DNA of 32,000 bases from Geotalea daltonii FRC-32 (GTDB taxonomy: Bacteria > Desulfobacterota > Desulfuromonadia > Geobacterales > Geobacteraceae). The translations under genes were made by a program, and so were the position numbers. This document shows, piece by piece, positions 8,480 to 17,369 of this stretch. The stretch is taken from NCBI RefSeq assembly GCF_000022265.1, contig NC_011979.1, positions 600,001 to 632,000 on the forward strand, read 5' to 3'. Below the pieces are notes generated by a model, which worked only from the letters and a program-made list of their open reading frames with translations, was not told where the DNA came from and made no database searches. How positions within the stretch are numbered: the stretch's first letter is position 1; every line of letters starts with the position of its first letter.

Positions 8480-8508
8480 ATTATACATCAGGGCATGGTG
8501 GTAAACAA
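8480..8508 (-). promoter_or_regulatory. Candidate sigma-70 promoter for the HK/RR(/glgP) transcription unit
   Basis: On the minus strand: TTGTTT, 17-bp spacer, TATAAT, preceded by TG. Confidence 0.35.
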
Positions 8509-8616
8509 GGAGTATGTCCCATGGGAAAAGTCCATAACAGGTTAAAAAGGTAAAGAATCTACGGCTTGAATCCGATATGGAGAATCAAGGGATTATTTGC
8601 TGCAGGGAGGTGTTTC

Positions 8617-8823
8617 ATGGAATACAGCGTGGGGAAAATACCGGCAGCGTACAGCATTGATGCCGACAAGCACGGGCCGGGGCGGGAGCGCAAAAAGGGG
8701 CATCTTGTTCAAAAAGTCGAGGCACATGACAGCATTTCCATATCCGATGAAGCAAGACAGCGTAGTGCGGACGAGGAAGGTGCAGAGGAGGCTTCCGGCG
8801 AAAGTGATCAGGTTACGAAATAA
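8617..8823 (+). CDS. Small charged hypothetical protein (68 aa)
   Basis: A GGGAGG SD sits 6-7 nt before the ATG at 8617. No recognised domain. The 3' end overlaps the convergent HDOD gene by 16 nt. Confidence 0.3.
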   Translation: MEYSVGKIPAAYSIDADKHGPGRERKKGHLVQKVEAHDSISISDEARQRSADEEGAEEASGESDQVTK

Positions 8824-9659
8824 CTTTTGTCCTTTTCAAACGCTTCGGTAAAGAGGTTCAGCAGCATGTCGATGCGTGTCTCATCGAGATTGAGCATGGA
8901 TGCCGGGGTGGATGCTGCCAGATCAAGGGATTCCTGAGGTTCCCGTTCACCTATTCCAAGCTTGAGACAAAACATGTCGGCGAGGGCGATAACCGCTGTC
9001 AGGTTTATCTGATAGATATCATTAGGATCATCGAACTGCAGCTTATGGTGCTGAAGAATGGCGTTGGTCATGGCCAGGGGGAAATTCCACTTCTTCACCA
9101 CGTAGGCGCCGACTTCGTCGTGGCAGAAGGGGAAGATGCTGGCTTCAGCGTCTTCAAAAGTGAGCCCTTCATTATAGCAGCGTTGCATCACCTGCTGGAA
9201 TTTGTCCTTGTCCAGGGAGTTCATGATGATCTTGCCGATATCGTGGAAAAGGCCGCCGAGAAAGGCCTCTTCCTCGTTGGCGGCCCTGGTGCTGCTGGCA
9301 ATGATGCGTGCTGCCAGTCCGGCTGCAAAGGAATGCTCCCACAGCATCTTTTCTGTCAGTCCGAAAGGTTTGTAGACCTGCTTTACGGAAGCGGCGACCA
9401 CCAGGCTCTTCAAGGTGTTGAAGCCGAGAATGACTATGGCCGTCGACAAGGTCTGTATCTGCCGTTGGCATCCATAAAAGGAGGAGTTGGAAATCTTGAT
9501 CACCCTGGCGGCAACGGCGGGATCGGAGGCAACTACCCTTGCCAGTTCTTCAGCGGTAGTAGTCTCGCTTTCCATCAGCTGCATGACTTTGGTGGCTACA
9601 ACCGGGATGGTCGGCAGGTCTCCTGCGGTCATGATGGCAGTTTCAAGCTCTTTATTCAT
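8808..9659 (-). CDS. HDOD domain signalling protein
   Basis: LPTIPVVATKVMQL...LARVVASDPAVAARVIKISNSSFYG...FHDIGKIIM is a typical HDOD signature. Confidence 0.85.
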   Translation of the reverse strand: MNKELETAIMTAGDLPTIPVVATKVMQLMESETTTAEELARVVASDPAVAARVIKISNSSFYGCQRQIQTLSTAIVILGFNTLKSLVVAASVKQVYKPFGLTEKMLWEHSFAAGLAARIIASSTRAANEEEAFLGGLFHDIGKIIMNSLDKDKFQQVMQRCYNEGLTFEDAEASIFPFCHDEVGAYVVKKWNFPLAMTNAILQHHKLQFDDPNDIYQINLTAVIALADMFCLKLGIGEREPQESLDLAASTPASMLNLDETRIDMLLNLFTEAFEKDKSYFVT

Positions 9660-9831
9660 GGCTCACTCCAGGATTAAACGTTAACTTTGCTGTCCTGGGT
9701 GTACTTTTCGGCACCAGTTGCCAATACTTTACCCCTTCAGCTTTTATTTTGACAAAGCCTCCCCTTTTACGTACCTTGTTAGCCGCAAAAAGTAGGAAAA
9801 ACGCCCCCCTCGAAAAAGAACAGGTGGTTCA

Positions 9832-10455
9832 GTGCTGATCAAATATGTTGAATTCATCAAGAGTGCCACGAGGGCTGCCCATTATCCACCGGGGGACCTG
9901 CCGGAGATAGCCTTCGCCGGCCGCTCCAACGTGGGCAAATCTTCTCTGATAAATGTCCTGGTCAACAGGAAGAGTCTGGTCCGCACCAGCTCAACGCCGG
10001 GGCGAACCCAGCTTATCAACTTCTTCGACGTCAACGGCCAGTTTACCCTGGTGGACTTGCCCGGTTACGGCTTCGCCAAGGTGCCGCTGGCAGTGAAAAA
10101 ACAGTGGGGACCGATGATGGAGAACTATCTGGCGAAAAGGGCCAATCTCCGTGGGGTCATCCTTATCCTGGATATTAGGAGGACCCCTGTTGCCGAGGAC
10201 ATCCAGATGCTTCACTGGCTGCAGGCATACTCCATCAAACCGATACTGGTCATTACCAAGTGCGACAAGGTTTCCAAAAACGAAAGGGGAAAACAGTCGC
10301 GGATAATTGCCCAGACCCTGGGGGTTGAAACCGAAGAGCTGAATTTCTTTTCGGCACTGAACAGGGAGGGGAAGGACCTGATCTGGCGGAGGATAGAAGA
10401 GGTGTTGCCCGCGGAGACGGCGGGCTCCGCCGGGGAAGCCCCCAAAGCGACATAA
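9832..10455 (+). CDS. engB: Ribosome-biogenesis GTPase EngB/YihA/YsxC
   Basis: [12 protein letters not shown] (G1), DLPGYG (G3), TKCDK (G4). GTG start with an AGGTGG SD. Confidence 0.9.
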   Translation: MLIKYVEFIKSATRAAHYPPGDLPEIAFAGRSNVGKSSLINVLVNRKSLVRTSSTPGRTQLINFFDVNGQFTLVDLPGYGFAKVPLAVKKQWGPMMENYLAKRANLRGVILILDIRRTPVAEDIQMLHWLQAYSIKPILVITKCDKVSKNERGKQSRIIAQTLGVETEELNFFSALNREGKDLIWRRIEEVLPAETAGSAGEAPKAT

Positions 10456-10458
10456 TGT

Positions 10459-10487
10459 TTGACTTTGTGGCAGCGCTCTGCTAAAAA
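10459..10487 (+). promoter_or_regulatory. Candidate sigma-70 promoter of the riboswitch-cob operon
   Basis: TTGACT (10459-10464), 17-bp spacer, TAAAAA (10482-10487). Confidence 0.35.
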
Positions 10488-10512
10488 ATAGCCTCAAAAT
10501 TGAATAGTTAAC

Positions 10513-10680
10513 TTGGTGCGCCGGTATCGGTAGATACGGCGTTAAAAGGGAAGGAGGTGCGATTCCTCCACTGTCCCGCAACTGTGAACGGTGATGAAAG
10601 CCGCTTGATGCCACTGAGATATTCGGGAAGGCGCGGCAAGTAAAGTGACCCGTAAGTCAGGAAACCTGCCAGGTTGACCG
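10513..10680 (+). promoter_or_regulatory. Cobalamin (AdoCbl) riboswitch aptamer
   Basis: The conserved blocks occur in order: AAAAGGGAAG, GGTGCGATTCC, CTGTCCCGCAACTGTGA, GCCACTG, GGGAAGGCG and the B12 box AGTCAGGAAACCTGCC. It lies upstream of the cob genes. Confidence 0.9.
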
Positions 10681-10739
10681 CTGAAAAAGGATCCTCCGCA
10701 GGAGAGGAGCCGAAGCCTTTTGTCATACCACGGTTTCGA

Positions 10740-10767
10740 CCCCGCCTCCCAGGAGACGGGGTTTTTT
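10740..10767 (+). terminator. Riboswitch expression-platform terminator; its 3' arm contains the cobU SD
   Basis: ccccgcctcc / ggagacgggg stem (one mismatch, tiny loop) followed by TTTTTT. The cobU ATG starts at 10769. Confidence 0.65.
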
Positions 10768-10768
10768 C

Positions 10769-11290
10769 ATGTCCAGAATCGTACTTGTCACCGGAGGTGC
10801 CAGAAGCGGCAAGAGTCGCCTGGCCGAAGGAATGGCCCTTGCCTACGGCGATCCACTCGGTTATGTGGCCACCGGTAGGGCCGGCGACGGCGAGATGGCG
10901 GAACGGATTGCACGTCATCGACAAAGACGGGGCTCCATGTGGCAGACGATGGAGGAGCCGCTGCTTCTCAAAGAGGTAATCGTCGGCCATGACGGCTACT
11001 TCAAGGCAATATTGGTCGACTGTGTCACCCTCTGGCTGAGCAACCTGCTCTTTGCCCACAACGATAGGGGACGGGTGCTGGACGAGGTCAGGGAACTGGC
11101 GGACGTCCTGCCCAATCTTGCAACCCCGCTTGTCCTTGTCACCAACGAGGTGGGGGCGGGGATCGTCCCGGAGAACGCCCTTGCCAGAACCTTTCGTGAC
11201 TTGGCCGGAGAAGCCAACCAGATCCTGGCGTCTGCGGCAGACGAGGTCCACGTGGCCATGTGCGGTTTGCCACTCAAGCTGAAGGGCTGA
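10769..11290 (+). CDS. cobU: Adenosylcobinamide kinase / adenosylcobinamide-phosphate guanylyltransferase
   Basis: 173 aa. It has the VLVTGGARSGKS P-loop and the size and pattern of CobU/CobP. Confidence 0.9.
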   Translation: MSRIVLVTGGARSGKSRLAEGMALAYGDPLGYVATGRAGDGEMAERIARHRQRRGSMWQTMEEPLLLKEVIVGHDGYFKAILVDCVTLWLSNLLFAHNDRGRVLDEVRELADVLPNLATPLVLVTNEVGAGIVPENALARTFRDLAGEANQILASAADEVHVAMCGLPLKLKG

Positions 11291-11343
11291 CAGCTCCGTT
11301 CAAACAATGAACAAATTAAATGCAAAATGTGGAGGAGATAATC

Positions 11344-12408
11344 ATGAGTTTGATCGATGACACCCTGGAGCAGATCAAGGCGGTGGACCCAGCCCTGCTG
11401 GCGGAGGCCCAGGTGGTACTGGACAACAAGACCAAGCCTCCGGGGTCTCTGGGGCGGCTGGAAGAATTTGCCAGACGTTATGTGGCCATAATCGCCGATC
11501 CGGAGAATTCCGATTTGGAACTGCTGGGGACGAAGGTTGTTTATACTTTTGCCGCCGACCACGGTGTCGTTGAAGAGGGGATCTCGCTATATCCCAAAGA
11601 GGTGACCCAACAGATGGTGCTCAACTTTCTCAATGGCGGGGCAGGGGTCAATGTCCTTGCCCGCCATGTGGGGGCTGAGGTGCGGGTGGTTGATATCGGT
11701 GTCGATTACTATTTCGGCATGGTGCCTGGACTGGTGGTGCGCAAGGTGGCAAGGGGCACAGCCAACCTGGCTCAAGGTCCGGCCATGACAAGGGAACAAG
11801 CGGTGGCGGCCCTGGAAGTGGGGATTGGCCTGGCAGCGCAGGCCAAGAAAACCGGCGTGACCATGCTCGGCACCGGCGAGATGGGGATCGGCAACACTAC
11901 GCCGTCGTCGGCTATTATTGCCGCCATCTCGGGGAAGACGGTAAAGGAGGTGACCCACCGGGGCACCGGTATCAACGATGCTGCCCTGGAGAACAAGATC
12001 CGCGTCATCGAGCAGGGGCTGGCGGTGAACAAGCCCGACCCGAAGGACCCTATCGATGTGCTGGCCAAGGTGGGGGGGCTGGAGATAGCCGGCATCGCCG
12101 GGCTCATTCTTGGCGCAGCCGCCAATCGCATTCCGGTCGTCGTCGATGGCTTCATCTCCACTGCCGGGGCGCTCATCGCCAGCGAACTCAATCCCCATGT
12201 GAAAGACTACATGTTCGCCGCCCATGAGTCGGTGGAGATCGGCCACAGTTTTATGCTGCAACACATCGGACTGAAGCCGATCCTTGACCTGCAGCTGAGG
12301 CTGGGTGAAGGGACCGGCGCCGCGCTGGCCATGGGGCTGATCGAAGCCGGGGTGAAGATATACAAGGAAATGGCCACCTTTGCCGAGGCCGGGGTAGCTT
12401 CAGAATAA
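11344..12408 (+). CDS. cobT: Nicotinate-nucleotide--dimethylbenzimidazole phosphoribosyltransferase
   Basis: [11 protein letters not shown]..., GEMGIGNTT and LGEGTGA motifs. The ATG at 11344 is preferred (GGAGGAG SD 6 nt upstream) over the ORF-track start at 11320. Confidence 0.9.
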
Positions 12409-13151
12409 TGCTGCGGCTTTATTTCGTCGCACTGCAGTTTCTGGCCATCATCCCCATCCCCTTTTCCTTCCGCTGCAGGGAGGAAGACCTGGGGCGCTCC
12501 ATGTCCTTTTTCCCTCTGGTGGGGCTTACCCTGGGGCTTTTGCTGGCCGGCTGCGACTATCTCCTTGCCTTGGCACTGCCACGACCGGTTGCCGATCTTC
12601 TTCTGGTGGCCATCCTGGCATTGGTGACCGGTGCCCTGCATCTGGACGGCCTGGCGGATGTCTGCGACGGTCTGGCGGCGAGAGGGGGACGGGAGCGGTT
12701 TCTGGCGGTGATGAAGGATTCACGGGTCGGCGCCGTTGGGGTAGTGGGCCTGGTGCTGGCGCTGCTTCTGAAATACCAGGCACTTTTTGCCGTTACCACC
12801 GACAAATGGGAGACACTGCTGTTTTTCCCCATGGTGGCGCGCTTCAGCCAGGTGCAGCTCACGGTCGGCTCGAAAAGAGCCAGGCAGGATGGACTCGGCT
12901 CACTATTCATCGGCGGGGCCGGTTCCATGCAGGTTGCGGTTGCGGCGTTTTTCACCGTTGTTACCGGCTGGCTGTTGCTGGGGCTGCCGGGCATCGGCTG
13001 TGCTGCAGTATGCTCTCTTTTTACCTGCCTGGCCAAAGCCTGGTTTCACCGAAAGCTTGGCGGCATTACTGGCGATGCCATTGGCTGTGTCAGCGAACTC
13101 AATGAAATCCTGTGTCTGATGACACTTGTTGCCATAGGAGGAAGATTTTGA
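12408..13151 (+). CDS. cobS: Adenosylcobinamide-GDP ribazoletransferase (cobalamin synthase)
   Basis: 247-aa polytopic membrane protein with HLDGLADxxDG and GGxTGD motifs. TAATG overlap with cobT. Confidence 0.9.
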   Translation: MLRLYFVALQFLAIIPIPFSFRCREEDLGRSMSFFPLVGLTLGLLLAGCDYLLALALPRPVADLLLVAILALVTGALHLDGLADVCDGLAARGGRERFLAVMKDSRVGAVGVVGLVLALLLKYQALFAVTTDKWETLLFFPMVARFSQVQLTVGSKRARQDGLGSLFIGGAGSMQVAVAAFFTVVTGWLLLGLPGIGCAAVCSLFTCLAKAWFHRKLGGITGDAIGCVSELNEILCLMTLVAIGGRF

Positions 13152-13750
13152 CAGGAAGGACACGTGTATACCTGATCCGGCACGGAGAGGTGGAAGGTGC
13201 CGACACCCGCCGTTACAACGGCCACGCCGATGTGGGGCTGTCGGAGTTCGGCATCGCCCAGTATCAGTCACTCAAAGGACGCTTCGACGATGTGCGGATC
13301 TCGGCCTGCTACTGCAGCGATCTGACCCGCTGCGTCATTGGGGCGGAGATGCTCGGTACACACCTGGGAGTGACGCCGGTAAAAAACAGCAATCTGCGGG
13401 AGCTGAATATCGGCATCTGGGAGCGGATGACCTGGACCGAGCTGATGGAGAAATATCCGGTGGAATGGCAGGCGCGCCTGGACGATATTGTCAATTATCG
13501 GGTGCCCCAGGGGGAGAGCCTCCAGGACATGAATGACCGGGTGATGCCGGTAATAAAAGATATCGTACAGCGCCATCAGGGGGAGGATGTACTGGTAGTG
13601 GCTCACGGCGGCGTCAACAGGGTGATCCTTCTCAATGCCATCGGGGCGCCTCTATCTTCACTTTTCAATATCGAGCAGAGCTACTGCGGTTTCAATATCA
13701 TCGATTATTATGCCGACGGCAAGGCTGTCGTCAAGCTTGTCAATGGATAG
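13148..13750 (+). CDS. cobC: Alpha-ribazole phosphatase (histidine phosphatase family)
   Basis: [11 protein letters not shown] motif. The TTG at 13148 has an AGGAGG SD 6 nt upstream and overlaps the cobS stop (TTGA). The ORF-track ATG at 13112 would lie inside cobS. Confidence 0.8.
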   Translation: MTGRTRVYLIRHGEVEGADTRRYNGHADVGLSEFGIAQYQSLKGRFDDVRISACYCSDLTRCVIGAEMLGTHLGVTPVKNSNLRELNIGIWERMTWTELMEKYPVEWQARLDDIVNYRVPQGESLQDMNDRVMPVIKDIVQRHQGEDVLVVAHGGVNRVILLNAIGAPLSSLFNIEQSYCGFNIIDYYADGKAVVKLVNG

Positions 13751-13751
13751 C

Positions 13752-15146
13752 ATGAAATCGATCATCATTGCTGCGCCGCAAAGCGGCTCGGGCAAAACCA
13801 CAATTACCCTCGGCATCATGGCATGCCTTCGGCGAAGGGGTCTGCAGATTGCCCCCTTCAAGGTCGGCCCCGATTTCATCGATCCGGGCTATCACCGGCT
13901 GGTGGCCGGCCGGCCTTCCATCAACCTGGACGGCTGGATGTGCGGGGCTGATTTTGTCCGCGAAACTTTTACCAGCCATGGGTCAGGAGCTGATATGGCC
14001 GTAATCGAGGGGGTGATGGGGCTCTTCGACGGCATCGGTGAAAACGGCGACGAGGGAAGTACGGCTCAGGTCGCCCGGTTGACCGGCTCGCCGATTGTCC
14101 TGGTGGTGGACGCCGGTCGCATGGCCGGAAGCGCAGCCGCTCTGGTGAAGGGATTTGCCGAATTCGACCCCCAGGTGAATCTGGCGGCGGTCATCTTCAA
14201 CAATGTGGCCGGCGACAACCATGGCCTCCTGCTGAGGAAGTCAATGGCCGCGGCCCTGCCGAGGGTCAAGGTCCTCGGTTGTATCGGCCGTGACGAAAGG
14301 CTGCATATCCCTTCCCGCCATTTGGGGCTCTTGACGGCAGAGGAAAACCCATTGTCCCCCGGCTTTCTCCAGCATTTGGTGGAGACCGTGGAGCGCTGCC
14401 TGGATGTGGATTTTCTTTGCCACCTTTCCTGCACCCATTCACATGATATTGGGAAGCCAGGCGATGTAATGGAAGATCAAGGCGCCGGGAACCTTGTCCC
14501 CATTGCCGTTGCCAGGGACGAAGCCTTCTGCTTTGTTTATGAAGACAACCTGCGGCTTCTGCGGGAGGCCGGCTGCGAAATCGTCGAGTTTTCCCCCCTG
14601 CGGGACCGTGCCCTTCCCGTCGGCATCGGCGGTATTTACCTGCCGGGAGGCTACCCGGAAATCTTTGCCGAGAGCCTCGCGGCAAATGCGCCCATGAAAG
14701 AGGCGATCCGCGCAGCGGTCGAAAAGGACATGCCGGTTTATGCCGAATGCGGCGGCTTTATCTATCTGACCAGAGGGGTCATGGATACCAACACCGAAGC
14801 CGGATCGATCCATGATTTTGTCGGCATCTATCCCGTGACCACCCGCATGCTGCCTCGCCGCAAAGCCCTTGGCTACCGCGAAATTATCACCCAGCAGGAT
14901 TCCATACTGGGCAAGAGGGGACTTTCGACCAGGGGACACGAATTCCACTATTCAGAGATGGCTGAACTGCCTGAAAGCATAGATCGCCTCTATCGGGTGC
15001 GAAAGCTGGAAACAGAGCTGGGAGCGGAAGGCTACCGCTATAAAAACTGCCTCGCCTCATACATCCATCTGCATTTCGGTAGCTGTCCGGAACTGGCGGC
15101 GGCATTTGCGGATAATTGCAGAAAATTCAATGGGAGTTGTTCCTGA
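13752..15146 (+). CDS. cbiA: Cobyrinate a,c-diamide synthase (CbiA/CobB)
   Basis: [21 protein letters not shown]...[11 protein letters not shown]-terminus and a C-terminal glutamine amidotransferase region (YAECGG). The start is 13752 or 13743. The ORF-track start at 13635 overlaps cobC in another frame. Confidence 0.85.
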   Translation: MKSIIIAAPQSGSGKTTITLGIMACLRRRGLQIAPFKVGPDFIDPGYHRLVAGRPSINLDGWMCGADFVRETFTSHGSGADMAVIEGVMGLFDGIGENGDEGSTAQVARLTGSPIVLVVDAGRMAGSAAALVKGFAEFDPQVNLAAVIFNNVAGDNHGLLLRKSMAAALPRVKVLGCIGRDERLHIPSRHLGLLTAEENPLSPGFLQHLVETVERCLDVDFLCHLSCTHSHDIGKPGDVMEDQGAGNLVPIAVARDEAFCFVYEDNLRLLREAGCEIVEFSPLRDRALPVGIGGIYLPGGYPEIFAESLAANAPMKEAIRAAVEKDMPVYAECGGFIYLTRGVMDTNTEAGSIHDFVGIYPVTTRMLPRRKALGYREIITQQDSILGKRGLSTRGHEFHYSEMAELPESIDRLYRVRKLETELGAEGYRYKNCLASYIHLHFGSCPELAAAFADNCRKFNGSCS

Positions 15147-15164
15147 CCCAACCAAGGAGATACC

Positions 15165-16472
15165 ATGAGAACCCAGATCGAACTAGCCCGTGAGGGCATC
15201 ATCAGCACCCAGATGGCCACCGTTGCAAAGGATGAAGGGTTTTTACCGGAATACGTGCGGCAGATGGTGGCGGAGGGGAAGATCGTCATCCCCTGGAACC
15301 ACGGCCGGAAACCGAAAGCGGTGGGAATCGGCAAGGGACTGCGCACCAAGGTAAATGCCTCAATCGGCACTTCTTCCGATATTGTCGACTACGCGGCCGA
15401 GGTGCGTAAGGCAAAGGCAGCCCAGGAATCGGGGGCCGATACCCTGATGGAGCTGTCGGTCGGGGGAGACCTGGACCGGGTGCGCCGGGAGGTGATTGCT
15501 GCGGTGGATCTGCCAGTGGGAAATGTTCCCCTCTACCAGGCCTTTTGCGAAGCGGCCCGCAAGTATGGCGATCCCAACAAGCTGGACGAGGAGATGCTTT
15601 TCGACCTCATCGAGAAGCAATGCGCCGACGGCATGGCGTTCATGGCGGTTCACTGTGGCATCAACCTTTACACTATAGAGCGGCTGCGCAAACAAGGATA
15701 CCGCTATGGCGGGCTGGTCTCCAAAGGGGGGGTCTCCATGGTCGCATGGATGCTGGCCAACAACCGGGAGAACCCCCTCTACGAGAAGTTCGATCGGGTG
15801 ACTGCCATCCTGAAAAAGTACGACACGGTGCTTTCTCTGGGCAACGGTCTCCGGGCCGGAGCGATCCATGATTCGAGCGACCGCGCCCAAATCCAGGAGT
15901 TGCTCATCAACTGCGAGCTGGCAGAGATTGGCCGGGATATGGGCTGTCAGATGCTGGTCGAAGGTCCGGGCCATGTGCCCCTGGACGAGGTGGAGGGGAA
16001 CATTCAGCTGCAGAAACGCATGAGCGGCGGCGCACCCTACTACATGCTCGGTCCCATCTCCACCGATGTGGCCCCGGGCTTCGACCATATCACCGCCGCC
16101 ATCGGCGCCGCCCAATCGAGCCGTTTCGGCGCTGACCTCATCTGTTACATCACCCCTGCCGAACATTTGGCCCTCCCCAACGAGGAGGATGTACGCCAGG
16201 GTGTGAAGGCAGCCAAGATCGCCGCCTATATCGGCGACATGAACAAGTATCCGGAGAAGGGGCGACAGCGGGACATGGAGATGTCCAAGGCCCGTCGCGA
16301 CCTGAACTGGGAGAAACAGTTCGAATTGGCTCTGTATCCGGAGGACGCCCGGGCGATCCGCGCCAGCCGTACGCCGGAAGATGAAGCCACCTGCACCATG
16401 TGCGGTGATTTCTGCGCCTCCCGCGGGGCGGGAAAGCTGTTTGCCGGAGATTTGCGCGGAGACAAGATCTGA
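15165..16472 (+). CDS. bzaF: ThiC-family radical-SAM enzyme; operon context indicates 5-hydroxybenzimidazole synthase BzaF (automated pipelines would call it ThiC)
   Basis: 435-aa ThiC-like sequence with GIGKGLRTKVNASIG, VEGPGHVP and a C-terminal CTMCGDFC cluster motif. It is the last gene of a B12-riboswitch-controlled cobUTSC-cbiA operon, and no TPP riboswitch precedes it. Confidence 0.7.
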   Translation: MRTQIELAREGIISTQMATVAKDEGFLPEYVRQMVAEGKIVIPWNHGRKPKAVGIGKGLRTKVNASIGTSSDIVDYAAEVRKAKAAQESGADTLMELSVGGDLDRVRREVIAAVDLPVGNVPLYQAFCEAARKYGDPNKLDEEMLFDLIEKQCADGMAFMAVHCGINLYTIERLRKQGYRYGGLVSKGGVSMVAWMLANNRENPLYEKFDRVTAILKKYDTVLSLGNGLRAGAIHDSSDRAQIQELLINCELAEIGRDMGCQMLVEGPGHVPLDEVEGNIQLQKRMSGGAPYYMLGPISTDVAPGFDHITAAIGAAQSSRFGADLICYITPAEHLALPNEEDVRQGVKAAKIAAYIGDMNKYPEKGRQRDMEMSKARRDLNWEKQFELALYPEDARAIRASRTPEDEATCTMCGDFCASRGAGKLFAGDLRGDKI

Positions 16473-16485
16473 GGTGAAAAAATTC

Positions 16486-16591
16486 AGCCACGAATAGCAC
16501 GAAAGTTCACGAATAAGAGCAAAGCGTGAAAGAAAAATATGTGGTTGTGCTTCGGTTTGACTATTCGTGTTAATTCGTGACATTCGTGGCT
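16486..16591. repeat. Long imperfect palindrome built from 3+3 phased CACGAAT heptamers, between bzaF and cbiM
   Basis: CACGAA(T/A) at 16489, 16498 and 16508. ATTCGTG at 16563, 16573 and 16582. The arms pair as 10+6+8 bp around a ~44-nt centre. Confidence 0.7.
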
Positions 16592-16610
16592 AAAAGATTT
16601 GAGATTCATA

Positions 16611-17369
16611 ATGAAAAAAATCCTGTTATTTACAATTTTAATGCAGCTTATTGCTGCCCCTGCCCATGCCATGCACATCAGTGAGGGGCTACTGCCACTG
16701 AACTGGGCGCTCTTCTGGTTCATGGCCGCGGCGCCTTTTGTCGCCCTTGGCGTGCGTCAGCTGAATAACCTGGCAAAAACCGATCTGGCGATGAAACCGC
16801 TGGTGGGGCTGATGGCTGCTGTTGTCTTCATCGTCTCCTGCATGCCCATCCCGGTCCCCACCGCCGGCACCTGTTCCCATCCCTGCGGAACCGGCATTGC
16901 CGCTATCCTTGTCGGGCCTTTGGTCAGCGTTGTCATCAGTGCCGTGGCCCTTCTGCTCCAGGCACTGTTTCTTGCCCATGGCGGCCTTTCCACCCTGGGG
17001 GCGGACATTATTTCCATGGGGGTGGCCGGCTCCTTTGCCGGCTGGCTAATCTTTCGGGGCCTGCGTAAAATCAGTGTCAACTTGGCCGTAGCTGCTTTTT
17101 TCGGTGGTCTCTTTACGGACTGGGCCACCTATCTGACCACCTCCATGGAGCTTGCTGCCGGCATCAGGGGGACGGCGCCTTTCTGGCCGCTCGCGGCAAA
17201 AATCGTCCTTGCCTTCATCCCTACCCAGTTGCCGCTGGGCATTCTGGAAGGAGCCATGACCGCCGGCATGGTTACTCTGCTACAGCGCAAGCGCCCGGAC
17301 CTGCTGGTGAAGATGCGGGTACTGAAGGAAAGCGAGGTCGTCCATGCCTGGAAAAAAGCGCAGATATAG
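16611..17369 (+). CDS. cbiM: ECF-type cobalt transporter substrate-capture subunit CbiM
   Basis: A signal-like leader ends in AHA, directly followed by the MHISEG motif (metal-binding N-terminus of CbiM/NikM). Polytopic membrane protein. Confidence 0.9.
   Translation: MKKILLFTILMQLIAAPAHAMHISEGLLPLNWALFWFMAAAPFVALGVRQLNNLAKTDLAMKPLVGLMAAVVFIVSCMPIPVPTAGTCSHPCGTGIAAILVGPLVSVVISAVALLLQALFLAHGGLSTLGADIISMGVAGSFAGWLIFRGLRKISVNLAVAAFFGGLFTDWATYLTTSMELAAGIRGTAPFWPLAAKIVLAFIPTQLPLGILEGAMTAGMVTLLQRKRPDLLVKMRVLKESEVVHAWKKAQI

Noticed and set aside
8586-8602. GG-N10-GC (GGattatttgctGC) upstream of the small ORF
   Set aside because: The spacing is correct, but the -24 box is poor. The implied TSS would fall at or after the ATG and downstream of the SD, which is inconsistent.
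9710-9721. Sigma-54-like GGCAC-cag-TTGC upstream of engB
   Set aside because: The GG to GC distance is 10 rather than 12 nt, so the spacing is incompatible with -24/-12 recognition.
10508-11251. 247-aa ORF on the - strand
   Set aside because: It covers the cobalamin riboswitch and is antisense to cobU. It is an Arg/Gly/Pro-rich artefact.
13635-13751. ORF-track start of cbiA at 13635
   Set aside because: It would overlap cobC by ~116 nt in another frame. The conserved CbiA N-terminus ([17 protein letters not shown]) begins at 13752.
15360-16583. 407-aa ORF on the - strand
   Set aside because: It is antisense to the ThiC/BzaF gene. It has no recognisable domain, and its 5' end runs through the heptamer palindrome.
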